Source: Bacteroidales bacterium
GTDB taxonomy: Bacteria > Bacteroidota > Bacteroidia > Bacteroidales > 4484-276
Assembly (NCBI GenBank): GCA_014860585.1
Contig: JACZJL010000027.1
Location: 10,242-74,241 of the forward strand
Direction: 5' to 3'
Length of the DNA: 64,000 nucleotides
This document shows positions 10,880 to 20,677 of the stretch, in pieces (the stretch's first letter is position 1; the number at the start of each line of letters is the position of its first letter). Under the pieces are notes generated by a model, which was not told the DNA's origin, did no database searches, and saw nothing but the letters and a program-made list of their open reading frames with translations. The translations under genes were made by a program, and so were the position numbers.

Positions 10880-10994
10880 TAATAATTGAAATATTGAATT
10901 TTGTTGATCTATTTGATTTTGATAATCATGTTACCCGAAAATTTTGAACTAAACTTATTGTAAGGTTGACAAAGCCTATTTGAAATAACTGATG

Positions 10995-11086
10995 CAAAGT
11001 TAATTCACCTTTAAAACGACACCAAATTTTCCTGTACGTCAAAGTTGCAGCAAAAACAATATCTCACTACATCAAAACTTCATCAA
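10995..11086 (-). promoter_or_regulatory. Promoter (-7 TAACTTTG) with upstream tandem operator, upstream of GH149-like gene
   Basis: Plus strand CAAAGTTA at 10995-11002 (= TAACTTTG); CTACATCAA at 11067-11075 and CTTCATCAA at 11078-11086; same layout as at susC. Confidence 0.7.
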
Positions 11087-11464
11087 TCAAAAGTTAAATA
11101 ATTGATTATGTAATGGATAAGATAAAGAAATATCATTTTTCATTCATTACAGCATCAGAAACAAGTTGGTCATGAGTTATCATCTTTGGCCAGGGATTAT
11201 TGGTGAATATTTTCAAATTACCGGCAGTTTTCAACTTTTACTGCCAAATTTTAGTTGCTTAGGCTAATATACTGATCAACCTAATGTTAGGCTGAGATGC
11301 GATTCCGGTTGAAATTGATGGGGGAATGGGGTGATGGTAATGCCCAACTGCCTGGTGCAGACTGTTTACTGCCGACTAATCCCCAAAGGTCTTCTCACGG
11401 GGAGAATTTTTGATCCCGAAGAATAAGCTGAAAGTCTTACCCAGTTATATTGAATATTGCTTGA

Positions 11465-12403
11465 TCATTTCCCATTCACCTGCTTCACCGCAACCTTCGG
11501 TGTCCGGTCAACCTTGAATAAACCCCAGTGTTTTTCGGGCTCAAGGGGTTCAGGAGAGCCTTTCCACGATTCATCGAAAGCCTCGAAGAAAAAGGCCAGG
11601 ATGTTTTCTTTTGCTGTCCACTCCATCAGCTTTTCGAAGTAGATCTTCTGAAATTCTTCATTCACATTTTCAGGATGGATACCCCTGCCATTCGAACTTG
11701 TTGCCCAGCCTGCCTCAGTGATTGCGACCTGCTTTTGTGGATATTTATTTGCTACCGCGTAGTAATTTTCCCTGGTGTAGTTGAGCGCCTCGCTGATGTG
11801 CCTGTATTCCCAAACGGGATAGGTGTGTATGGAGATAAAGTCCACTGCTTCGGCCAGATTTTGCAATTTGATCAGCCACGGCACATAGTTTTCGCAAAAA
11901 GTAACCGGTTGGGCGATTTTGGCTTTTACCTGTTGCACATAATCCATCACTTTGCTTTCGGGGACATAATGATCGGTCCACTCCACACAGGCTTCATTTC
12001 CCACTGAAACCGAAAAGATGATCTCCGGGTATTTTTTCGCCAGCCCGATTAAACATTCTATGCGTTTTTGATTGTACACCATGTTGAATTCCAATTGCTC
12101 TTCCGAATAAACCCCTCCATTCCAGGGGCAATTGAAGTTGTTCATCTCGGCGCCAATATAAGCCCCGAGCATCAGCCGGAAATCGAGTTTTTCATGGCGA
12201 ATAACTTCTAAAACTGTTTCGGCGTGTTGGTCGCAATCAAACAGGCGGAGGTATTTCCAATGGCCGTGCAGGATCAACAGGTCTTCCCTGATCTCATCAT
12301 AAGTAGGGTAGATGTGGCCGGGATGCTGCCCTTCTCTGAACCCAGAATAGCAAATGGCGCGGCCGGGTTCGATTTTCAATTTTTCAAACAGATTAACCGA
12401 CAT
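11465..12403 (-). CDS. GH17 beta-1,3-glucanase/glucosyltransferase, no signal peptide
   Basis: AICYSGFR, VSVGNEA (acid/base), ITEAGW (nucleophile), FEAFDESWK..EKHWGL. Confidence 0.85.
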   Translation of the reverse strand: MSVNLFEKLKIEPGRAICYSGFREGQHPGHIYPTYDEIREDLLILHGHWKYLRLFDCDQHAETVLEVIRHEKLDFRLMLGAYIGAEMNNFNCPWNGGVYSEEQLEFNMVYNQKRIECLIGLAKKYPEIIFSVSVGNEACVEWTDHYVPESKVMDYVQQVKAKIAQPVTFCENYVPWLIKLQNLAEAVDFISIHTYPVWEYRHISEALNYTRENYYAVANKYPQKQVAITEAGWATSSNGRGIHPENVNEEFQKIYFEKLMEWTAKENILAFFFEAFDESWKGSPEPLEPEKHWGLFKVDRTPKVAVKQVNGK

Positions 12404-13304
12404 ATTTCAATTTTTCAAAGCGGTCCCAAATGCCCCAGAATGCACCAACATCCCCTTCAACGCCCACTTTCCACGATTCGTCAAAGGAGGAAAAGTAAAA
12501 CACTTCAATCTCTTCATCTTTAGCCCAAAGCTGTGTGTTGATGAAATATTTCATGGCGCTCAATTCATCAGGCGCAGCATTGCCGAGGCTAGCGCCTTTG
12601 TTTGGCCAGCCTGTTTCGGTAATGATGACCCTTTTACCATTTCCGGCTGCTTTGGCCTGGTTATACATCTGCTGCATGTGCTGGAGCGCCCACCTGAAAT
12701 CTGTGCCTTCCCAAAATGGATAGCAGTTGCACAAAACGACATCGCAGGCTTCGGTTATAGCGGGTCTTTTCGAAAACTCGTAGTAAGCATCCACATAGCC
12801 GACAGGCACGCCGGGAATCTGATTTTTCACCAGTTTGATGTAATTTATAAGCTCAGTTTCGTCCATATCCTTACGGTAGAGCACTTCGTTACCCACTGCG
12901 GCAATATCCACAAAGCCCTCTTTAGCCAGTTGAATCAGATTTTCGATCTCCTCGCGGTTTTTATCTTCCTCTTTGCCCAGCCAGGCGCCAACAAGTGTTT
13001 TGAGGCCGAGCTCTTTGGCAATTTTGGGAACCAATTCATTTCCCTGAATGCAGGAAAACGACCTCACCCAGCCCGTGTAAGGCTTCAGGATTTCCATCCT
13101 CCGCCTGATCTGCCCCGCCGAAATGATATCGCCGGGTTTCTGGCCATCCTCATAAATGCTGAAACAAAAGCCATGAACCCCGCCATCCAACACTTCAACA
13201 AACATGCTGCGGATGTCGTCATTTGTTTTATCATCAAAGAAGCTTTCGCTTTGAATCATTCCTGATTCTTTAAACTTTAAAAACCTTTCTGCTCTGTAGG
13301 ACAT
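12393..13304 (-). CDS. GH17 beta-1,3-glucanase, no signal peptide
   Basis: AAVGNEVL, NCYPFWEG, ITETGWP, FSSFDESWK...WGIWD. Confidence 0.85.
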   Translation of the reverse strand: MSYRAERFLKFKESGMIQSESFFDDKTNDDIRSMFVEVLDGGVHGFCFSIYEDGQKPGDIISAGQIRRRMEILKPYTGWVRSFSCIQGNELVPKIAKELGLKTLVGAWLGKEEDKNREEIENLIQLAKEGFVDIAAVGNEVLYRKDMDETELINYIKLVKNQIPGVPVGYVDAYYEFSKRPAITEACDVVLCNCYPFWEGTDFRWALQHMQQMYNQAKAAGNGKRVIITETGWPNKGASLGNAAPDELSAMKYFINTQLWAKDEEIEVFYFSSFDESWKVGVEGDVGAFWGIWDRFEKLKYVG

Positions 13305-13373
13305 AGTGTAAAATATTGATTATTATTTATTTGCCTGGAAGTTCCTAATATTTGACTGTGAAAAAATTTAGCG

Positions 13374-14804
13374 CTACAGTTCGCCCCGCCGCCTGACCAA
13401 TTCATTTTTTATTTCCCTTGCTTTTTCTTCGGTCAGATCATATTTCCACATCACGAGAATAGCCAAACCGGCTGTTAGCGCCGGAATAACAATATCGGCA
13501 ATTCTAAGATTAGTGAGTGTTTCGGCATTTTGTAGCGATGCATTCTGGTCGAACCCTACCATCTTCAACACCAGGCCGCCCAATACGAGTGCAAGTGCCT
13601 GTCCCAATTTGACCATCCACCAGTAGATTGCTCCGAATGTTCCCTCTTTTCGCGGCATGCCGTTGTTCAGTTCGTCGAGGTCGCAAACATCGGCAGTCAT
13701 GCTCATCATTAATGTGAAAAGTCCTCCAATACCAAACACCATCAACGGAACGGGCATAAAAAGCAGCCAGTGATTGGCAGGATTGAACCCCCACCATTTG
13801 AGGGCATACCCGACTATCGAAATGAAAGTTGAAACAATAAAGGCGTTTCTTTTACCCCATTTGTTCGACATCCAGGTGATGATAGGTATGATCAGGAATG
13901 CTGTGGATATGGCACTTATTGTCGAAAACCAGGCAGGCCATGTGCCGGCAGCGCCATAATCGCCTCTGAACATATAGAAAACAATGATGAAATAGCTGAA
14001 TGAGGCCACCATCTGATAGCCGTTAAAAACTAAAAACGTTGCACCGCAAAGCCTTACAAATGGGATGTTTTTAAAGATCAGTCCCATATTTTTAATCAAG
14101 CTTTTAAAGTTTTTTGCAAGATTTTTAAATGTGATATCGTCTCTGTTAGAAAGGTTGGCCTGGTCAATCTCTTTACAAAAAATAGCCGGCAATAAACCTA
14201 ATATCAGACATATTGCACCTACGATAATAGACAATTTGCGTACGCCCATAGCCTGGTTTGCAAACAAGTCGGGGCTGGCAATGATCACCCAAAACCAGGG
14301 GACGATCATCCAGGCCACCTGTCCGATAGTTTGTGAGAATCCCATCAGGCGTGTGCGCTCGTTGTAATCAGAGGTCATTTCGTAACCCAGTCCGATGAGC
14401 GGAGTGGAGTAAATGGTGTTGCCAATGATATAAACGATGGACAAGATAAGGAAATACCAGAAGTTGTACATCTGGGAGTCTTCCGGGTTCATCTGCCACA
14501 GAACGGCAAACAAAATACCACTTAAAATAGCGCCGATAAAAATGTACGGCCTTCGGCGACCAAAGCGCGACTTGGTGTTGTCGGTGATATAGCCCATGAT
14601 CGGGTCGGTAATCGCATCGAAAAAGCGGGGCAATCCGCCGAGCAATCCCGCCAAAAATGGATCCATGCCATAAGCCGTGAGCAAAAAGAACATGAATACT
14701 CCAAGTGATCCCGGCAATAAATTATTGACCAGATTGCCTGCTCCGAAAGCTGCCTTCTGTATCAGCGGCACACGGTCTTTTAGCGGTGTTTCATAAGTTG
14801 TCAT
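13374..14804 (-). CDS. MFS glycoside-pentoside-hexuronide (MelB-like) sugar transporter
   Basis: DAITDPIMGYITDNTKSRFGRRRPY, MTSDYNERT, multiple TM segments; ATG at 14804 preferred over the TTG at 14813. Confidence 0.9.
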   Translation of the reverse strand: MTTYETPLKDRVPLIQKAAFGAGNLVNNLLPGSLGVFMFFLLTAYGMDPFLAGLLGGLPRFFDAITDPIMGYITDNTKSRFGRRRPYIFIGAILSGILFAVLWQMNPEDSQMYNFWYFLILSIVYIIGNTIYSTPLIGLGYEMTSDYNERTRLMGFSQTIGQVAWMIVPWFWVIIASPDLFANQAMGVRKLSIIVGAICLILGLLPAIFCKEIDQANLSNRDDITFKNLAKNFKSLIKNMGLIFKNIPFVRLCGATFLVFNGYQMVASFSYFIIVFYMFRGDYGAAGTWPAWFSTISAISTAFLIIPIITWMSNKWGKRNAFIVSTFISIVGYALKWWGFNPANHWLLFMPVPLMVFGIGGLFTLMMSMTADVCDLDELNNGMPRKEGTFGAIYWWMVKLGQALALVLGGLVLKMVGFDQNASLQNAETLTNLRIADIVIPALTAGLAILVMWKYDLTEEKAREIKNELVRRRGEL

Positions 14805-14829
14805 AGCTTGCAAATTTATTAGTTGGTTG

Positions 14830-16479
14830 TTAGCCTGCTGTCGGTATTAGTATGGTTTGTATTGCCTTGCCTTGAATGGTAAATTCGATGGATTTGCCGA
14901 AAAGTGAAAGTTTTATTGCTTTTTCAGCGTCATTTGGGTTGAAGAGGATTACAGCGATCGTTCCATCTGGATTTTCAGCGGCAGTAACCATCAGGTCTTC
15001 GGATGGATTATCGAACCCAATCCTTGTGGCGCCTGGTCGGATAAACCTGCTGAAATGTGCGAGGGTGTAGTACAGCGGGGTAAAATAAACCTCATCCTGC
15101 TCCTGATCAACGATCACGGGGGCTACACACCAGTTTTTTGCCCAGTTGGGGCCGCCCTGCCTGTCGAGTACCATGTTCCAGTCAACCCAGCCATCCACTT
15201 GGTTATTTAAACAGCCGATGATGTCGCGGGCATATCTGAACACCGGTACGTATTTAGGATGAAGGTATTTGTGCTCTTCCGGCGCCCAGTCCCAGCCCCA
15301 GTCGGTAGCTTCCTTCGACCAGTACCAGGCATCATCCTTCCACTTTGGAACTTCAGCATCCACACACGCTTCGGTGTTGATCAGGTGTTTGTCGGGCGCT
15401 TTTTGATGGGCATATTGCAAGGCTTCGGGGAAATAATCGTAGGTGCTGGCGTACCAATGCACAGCGGTTCCGTCGAAATATTGCGCTGCTTCTGCATCGT
15501 CATACATCGCATCCACCCAATGTATCATTTCTTCGTCGCGGTTCTGATCAAATCCGAAAATCTTCACCTTCTGTCCTTCAGCTTTCAGTTTTGGGCCTAA
15601 ATGATTTTTTACAAACTCGTTCATCTCTTCCGGGGTGAAGTGCATGCTTTCCCAGTTGCTGTCGTTGCCCAGCGGTTCATTTTCCACAGTAAAAGCCCAG
15701 ATGTCAATGCCTTCAGCGCGGTAAGCTTCAAGGTATTTCGAAAAAAATAAAGCCCAGGTGTCATAGTATTTTGGCAAAAGCTTTCCGCCGCGCCAGTCGT
15801 TGTTGTCTTTCATCCACGGTGGAGCTGTCCAGGGCGATGAGATGATTTTGAAGCCCTCTTTTGAAATGGCCATGGCATCTTTGATCATGGGAATGATGTC
15901 GTCCATATCTTCTTCAATGGAAAAGTATTCCAGTTCCAAATCATCCGGAACCGGTGCATAGGAATAATTGCCAATGGAAAAATCACTGGAGTTCATGTGG
16001 GTTCTTGTCAGCGAATACTGTGCGCCCGATTCGCCGAAGTAGGCTTCGAGGATTTTGTTGCGGTTTTCAGGGCTTAGCTGGTTGAGCAGGTAAGCCGAGG
16101 TTTCGGTAAATGAGCCGCCAAAGCCGGTAATTTTTTGAAATCTCTCTTCAGGTAAAATATAAATTTCAACAAGGTCTTCAGCAGTAGGAAATTCAACCAA
16201 TCTGGTCATCCGGTTCCCGCTTTGGGAGGTTTCGTAAATTTCCACATTCAATTTTTCCGGTTTCATGCAACTGTTCATAAGTATCATTATTAGAAAAATA
16301 CCTGTTAGGTGCTGCTTGCAAGAAAACTTTAATAGTTGAAAATCAGTGAATACCCCAACCCTAAAGGGAGCACTGATTTTCAACAGTTTACTCCCTTTAG
16401 GGTAGGGGTAAATAAACTGTTGAAAATCATAGTATAATCGTTTTCTTGCAAGCATTAGATAGTAAATAATTGATTTCAT
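14830..16479 (-). CDS. GH30 glycoside hydrolase (likely beta-1,6-glucosidase/debranching), lipoprotein signal peptide interrupted by an in-frame 50-codon insertion
   Basis: FQKITGFGGSFT, SSPWTAPPWMKDN, TVENEP, INTEAC, WVDWNMVLD, HFSRFIRPGA; start MKSIIYYL at 16479. Confidence 0.85.
   Translation of the reverse strand: MKSIIYYLMLARKRLYYDFQQFIYPYPKGSKLLKISAPFRVGVFTDFQLLKFSCKQHLTGIFLIMILMNSCMKPEKLNVEIYETSQSGNRMTRLVEFPTAEDLVEIYILPEERFQKITGFGGSFTETSAYLLNQLSPENRNKILEAYFGESGAQYSLTRTHMNSSDFSIGNYSYAPVPDDLELEYFSIEEDMDDIIPMIKDAMAISKEGFKIISSPWTAPPWMKDNNDWRGGKLLPKYYDTWALFFSKYLEAYRAEGIDIWAFTVENEPLGNDSNWESMHFTPEEMNEFVKNHLGPKLKAEGQKVKIFGFDQNRDEEMIHWVDAMYDDAEAAQYFDGTAVHWYASTYDYFPEALQYAHQKAPDKHLINTEACVDAEVPKWKDDAWYWSKEATDWGWDWAPEEHKYLHPKYVPVFRYARDIIGCLNNQVDGWVDWNMVLDRQGGPNWAKNWCVAPVIVDQEQDEVYFTPLYYTLAHFSRFIRPGATRIGFDNPSEDLMVTAAENPDGTIAVILFNPNDAEKAIKLSLFGKSIEFTIQGKAIQTILIPTAG
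16305..16458. mobile_element. MITE/REP-like palindromic element with 15-bp terminal inverted repeats and flanking TTAG direct repeat
   Basis: TGCTTGCAAGAAAAC (16313-16327) / GTTTTCTTGCAAGCA (16440-16454); TTAG at 16305-16308 and 16455-16458; internal 20-bp hairpin TACCCCAACCCTAAAGGGAG / CTCCCTTTAGGGTAGGGGTA. Confidence 0.75.
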
Positions 16480-16487
16480 ATTATAAA

Positions 16488-17765
16488 TCAGTTTTGTTTT
16501 GTTCGTTGCTTGATTTCCCAAACTGTTGGCGGCGCCTTCACCTCTTTCATCATTGCTTCCCTGTCGCCGTTGTAGGTTTTGGTGATCGGTTTTCCGTTGC
16601 GGGTCAACCCGTCGAAAACCCCTTCATCCAACATATCCCACAGGACGTATTTTGCCTGCGATTGCAGGTTGATCAGTCCGAAATGGTTTTCTGATCCGTG
16701 GGGGTTGGCGGCATCTTTCCATTGCTCGTCGAAGGCTTCAAAATAGAAACAGGCAATGCCGTTGCTGTTTGTCCATTCCCTCAATTGCCAATAGAAAAGT
16801 GCTGCTTTGTACTCATCCACTGCCCGTGAGTCCTCATCGCCATATAATTCGTCTGACTTTGTTGACCAGCCGGTTTCGCCGATATGCACAGGTTTGTTCA
16901 CTCCAAGGCTTTGCATATAATTCACCACGCTTTCGTACTGCATGACGGCGTAATTCATTGACCTGTCCATGGCAGCATGAATTTTTTCCAGATCGGATAA
17001 CATTTCTTCTTCCTCCGGCACTCCCCAGAAATCGGGATTATAGTGCGTGTCGTGCATGGGGTAAGTGTGCATCGAAATGTAATCCACCGCCCTGATCAAC
17101 TCGTTGAGGTCATCTTTATGGTACTCCGATCCGCCGCCACCCCACGAAGCAAAATTATCCGAGCTTGTAATCCAAAGCGTTTCGGACAATTCGCCGGCTT
17201 TTTTCAGATTTTGTAAATGATTCACCCATTTCAGGATGATGGCAGGTTCCACATAATAATTCCATGCCCAGTGTACCATAGCTTCGTTGCCGACGGCAAT
17301 TATTTTGACGATGTCAGGGTATTGTTTGGTCAGTTCAACGGCTCTCGCAATTTCCACGGCATTGCGCCCGCTCTCTTCGTTGCGGATGCGGTCGGGAAGG
17401 TCGGTCCAGGCATTTTTGCAGTCAATCCAGGCGCCAAGCATCACATACATTTCAAAACCGGGGTCTTCCTGTTTCAATTGTTTGATGGCCTCCAGCAGAT
17501 TGGCAGCTTCATCAAGATGAACATTGTATGTGCGCAGTAATTTGATCCCCATTACCGACAAAATTTTCATGTCTTCCTTCAATTGGGGGATTGTCGGCTG
17601 AATATCCCTGGTATTCTCCCGGTATCCTCCGTAAGAGATAGACTGATAGTGAGGGTTGCCCAATATTTCGGCTGCAGTTTTATCCGTGATTTCCGTACTT
17701 TGAGAGCAGGAGATCGTCAACGATGCCGCAAAAAATGCAATCAGGTATGGTAAAAGTCTTTTCAT
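16488..17765 (-). CDS. GH17 endo-beta-1,3-glucanase, lipoprotein
   Basis: Lipobox LTISC; SISYGGYR, IAVGNEAM, SMHTYP, IGETGW, FEAFDEQWK..SENHFGL. Confidence 0.85.
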   Translation of the reverse strand: MKRLLPYLIAFFAASLTISCSQSTEITDKTAAEILGNPHYQSISYGGYRENTRDIQPTIPQLKEDMKILSVMGIKLLRTYNVHLDEAANLLEAIKQLKQEDPGFEMYVMLGAWIDCKNAWTDLPDRIRNEESGRNAVEIARAVELTKQYPDIVKIIAVGNEAMVHWAWNYYVEPAIILKWVNHLQNLKKAGELSETLWITSSDNFASWGGGGSEYHKDDLNELIRAVDYISMHTYPMHDTHYNPDFWGVPEEEEMLSDLEKIHAAMDRSMNYAVMQYESVVNYMQSLGVNKPVHIGETGWSTKSDELYGDEDSRAVDEYKAALFYWQLREWTNSNGIACFYFEAFDEQWKDAANPHGSENHFGLINLQSQAKYVLWDMLDEGVFDGLTRNGKPITKTYNGDREAMMKEVKAPPTVWEIKQRTKQN

Positions 17766-17791
17766 ATTAAATCACACAGTCAAAGTTTCGA

Positions 17792-19105
17792 TTAATCTAA
17801 TTTGATATCTCCCACAAAGCAATCTCCCGCCTCCTCGCCAAGAGCATTTTTGTAGGCTTCCGAAATGCTGATCTCTTCAAAATGGCGCTGAATGGATTTC
17901 AGGGAGGCTCCGGCAGCGTAAGGATCAATCCGGTGAGCCTCCATAAGGACATAATAGGCTGCACGCGGGATCAGTGGGTAATGGCCATTTTCATCCGTCG
18001 GTCCTTTGGCACAGATGCCAAACCATTCTTCATTCATGTTGTTTATGCTATCAACATAGTCGTGCAGGTAGCCGCCGTTTGACCAGGAGGCGTGGTTATC
18101 ATGAAGATTGAGGTTTAAGGTTTGGTCATATTTCCACCATCCGTCGCCCGACTGGAAAGTAAACCCACCGAGGGAATTTTCTGCTTTGCCCAATCCGGCA
18201 GCATTTTCGTAAATTTCCCTCCAGTTTCCATGCAGGTAATACGCCTGCGCGCATTGGTCCTCCTGTTGTTTGATATCGTTAAAAGCATCGGCGCCAAGCT
18301 CGGTGAGCAGAATGGGTTTACCGTATTCATTTTTGACCCTGTCGAACATGTCGTTAAATGAAACTCCCCGGTAAACATTTATACCGAGGATATCCACATC
18401 CTGGCACTCCTCAGCAATGATGTCGAGGAACAAAAGGTCTCCGTTACAAATGGCAACCGGATGGTTTTGGTTAATGGCTTTCATGGTTAATGCGGCTTCG
18501 TTGAAGAGCTTGTACATGTGCCTCGCCCTGATGGTGGATTGCCTGTCAACCATCGGAATATCCTCCGTTTCGGGGCCTCCCCAGAAAAGTCCGTAGTTGT
18601 TCTCATTTCCTAAAAGAAAAAGTAAAAGTCCGGGGGTATCTTTGTATTGAGCCGCAAGGGTTTTCACTTCATTTAAAAGCAAAGCTTTCACGCGGGGATC
18701 GTTGTACTCCGTGTTTCCCACCCATCCGCCATCGAGGGTAAGGCCGTAGCGGCCAAAAGAGTGATTCAGCATGGTATAAATCCCGTAGTTCTCGTAGATG
18801 TATTGTATCCACTTTTGCGGAATGCCAGTGTAAACGCGGATGACATTCACACCCATGTTGCTGAACATTGTCATCTCATCGTCAAGCGCTTTCCGGATGA
18901 AGTCATCGGGCTGGTTCCATAAGCTGTACATGTAATTTGTGCCAATGGGAAAGTAATCCCAGTTCATGCCGTTTACCATCAAAGCTTCTCCGTTGACCAG
19001 AAGCCGCCAGCCGTTATCCTTTAGCTCTGTCTCCACCTTGTTGCTTTGAACACATGATGAGATGAAGAAAATCAGGATGAAACAAGTAGTAATAAATCTT
19101 TTCAT
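17792..19105 (-). CDS. Clan GH-A (GH2-like TIM barrel) glycoside hydrolase lipoprotein, family uncertain
   Basis: Lipobox FISSC; NGMNWDY, GVNVIRVY, LLGNENNY (acid/base), LLTELGAD (nucleophile). Confidence 0.7.
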   Translation of the reverse strand: MKRFITTCFILIFFISSCVQSNKVETELKDNGWRLLVNGEALMVNGMNWDYFPIGTNYMYSLWNQPDDFIRKALDDEMTMFSNMGVNVIRVYTGIPQKWIQYIYENYGIYTMLNHSFGRYGLTLDGGWVGNTEYNDPRVKALLLNEVKTLAAQYKDTPGLLLFLLGNENNYGLFWGGPETEDIPMVDRQSTIRARHMYKLFNEAALTMKAINQNHPVAICNGDLLFLDIIAEECQDVDILGINVYRGVSFNDMFDRVKNEYGKPILLTELGADAFNDIKQQEDQCAQAYYLHGNWREIYENAAGLGKAENSLGGFTFQSGDGWWKYDQTLNLNLHDNHASWSNGGYLHDYVDSINNMNEEWFGICAKGPTDENGHYPLIPRAAYYVLMEAHRIDPYAAGASLKSIQRHFEEISISEAYKNALGEEAGDCFVGDIKLD

Positions 19106-19106
19106 A

Positions 19107-20471
19107 TCAATTTGAATGGCTTAAACTTTCCCTGCGTTTTTCCAGATCGCGCTCCATCGCCAGGCAGGTTTTGTGATCAATAGCATAGAAATAAAGCAGG
19201 ATAGCGCAGGACATATATAGAATCCCCGGGTACACAGAGATCATTAACTTTATTCCGTTGAGCGAAGTGGCTGTTTGCTCAATATTGGGCACAAATTTAT
19301 AGAGTGCAAGCAGCCATCCGGCAAGTGCGCCGCCGATTCCCCATCCTGCTTTTTGGGCAAAAGTTGCTGCCGAAAAAACCAGGCCGGTGGCGCGTCGGCC
19401 AAATTGCCATTCTGAAAAATCGGCAGTATCGGCAAGCATGGTCCAAAGTAGTGGTACAGCTGGGGCATAGGTAAATTTTGCCAGAATGTTGATGATGTAA
19501 ATGGAGTAAATATTTTCGTTGCCGGGAAGGTAAAGCAAAATGAAAAAGAAGCCGGAGAGCAATGAGCTGGCGATGTAAACATTTCGCTTGCCAAAACGCT
19601 TTGCCAAGGGTTTCGACAACGGTATGCCGAGGATGAGCGCTATGGTGCTGACTATGTTGAACAACTGCACACTCTCCTCCTTGCCGATGTAGTATTTGAA
19701 ATAATAGGCAATGGAAAGATTTTGGATGGCAAACATCACGAAAGAGATAATGCCAACAAAAAACAGGATCACCCAGGGACGGTTGCGGAAAAGGTTTCGG
19801 ATGTCTTCCTTGAGATTTTTTTGCTGCGCCGGCGGTGGGCTTACCCTTTCACGGGTGGTTTTAAAGGTGATCATGAACAACACGAAACTTATGGCGCCAA
19901 AGAGTGTCAGCGTGTATTGGTAGCCTTTGGCAGTGTCGCCGCCACCGAAATAGCCGGCCAGATAGAGGGCGGCGCCGGTTACAATAAACTGTCCGACAAA
20001 GGCAAAGATGAAACGATAGGAATTTAAACCGGCTCGTTCGTAGGAGTCGGAGGTCATTACCGCACCCAGGGATGAATATGGCAGGTTGATGGCTGTGAAG
20101 ACGGTCATCAGCAGGAAGTAGGTTACTCCGGCGTAAATTACTTTTCCGGTGGTTCCAAAGTCGGGGGTGGTAAAGGTGAGGACGGCCAGCACGCTGTAGG
20201 GGAGCGCCATCCAGAGCAGGTAGGGGCGGAATTTCCCCCAGCGGGTGTTGGTGCGGTCAGCAATGACGCCCATCAGTGGGTCGCTCACCATGTCCCACAC
20301 ACGCGCAATGAGCATGATGGTTCCGGCAGCAGCAGCCGAAATCCCGAACGTATCGGTGTAAAAGATCAAAATCCAGAACCCTACCATGTCCCACACAAAG
20401 TGCGAAGCGGTATCGCCCAGGCCATACCCCACTTTTTCGCCGACTGATAGTTTTGCTCCGGTCTTGCTCAT
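19107..20471 (-). CDS. MFS glycoside-pentoside-hexuronide (MelB/XylP-like) transporter
   Basis: EKVGYGLGD, DMVSDPLMGVIADRTNTRWGKFRPY; start MSKTGAKL at 20471. Confidence 0.9.
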   Translation of the reverse strand: MSKTGAKLSVGEKVGYGLGDTASHFVWDMVGFWILIFYTDTFGISAAAAGTIMLIARVWDMVSDPLMGVIADRTNTRWGKFRPYLLWMALPYSVLAVLTFTTPDFGTTGKVIYAGVTYFLLMTVFTAINLPYSSLGAVMTSDSYERAGLNSYRFIFAFVGQFIVTGAALYLAGYFGGGDTAKGYQYTLTLFGAISFVLFMITFKTTRERVSPPPAQQKNLKEDIRNLFRNRPWVILFFVGIISFVMFAIQNLSIAYYFKYYIGKEESVQLFNIVSTIALILGIPLSKPLAKRFGKRNVYIASSLLSGFFFILLYLPGNENIYSIYIINILAKFTYAPAVPLLWTMLADTADFSEWQFGRRATGLVFSAATFAQKAGWGIGGALAGWLLALYKFVPNIEQTATSLNGIKLMISVYPGILYMSCAILLYFYAIDHKTCLAMERDLEKRRESLSHSN

Positions 20472-20677
20472 TGAGTTTCTTACTTTTTTGGCAGAATTTT
20501 CAAATGTCAAATGTCAAAACACAAATAAATTCGAACTTTAAAAAATTAAAATACAAAACTGTTTCAGATCTTCATACACATTTTCAGGTTGAATCTTTGA
20601 TACTTTGAATATTGTGATTTATTTGAAATTTGTCTTTTGCTTTTTGTAATTTTTTAATTTGTCCAGCTTAGGTTATT

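Noticed and set aside
11100..11460. Long spacer as possible ncRNA or degenerate palindromic element
   Set aside because: Only weak partial palindromes; no recognisable RNA family or terminal repeats.
12354..13265. 303-aa plus-strand ORF
   Set aside because: Antisense shadow of a GH17 gene with clear catalytic motifs; no recognisable features of its own.
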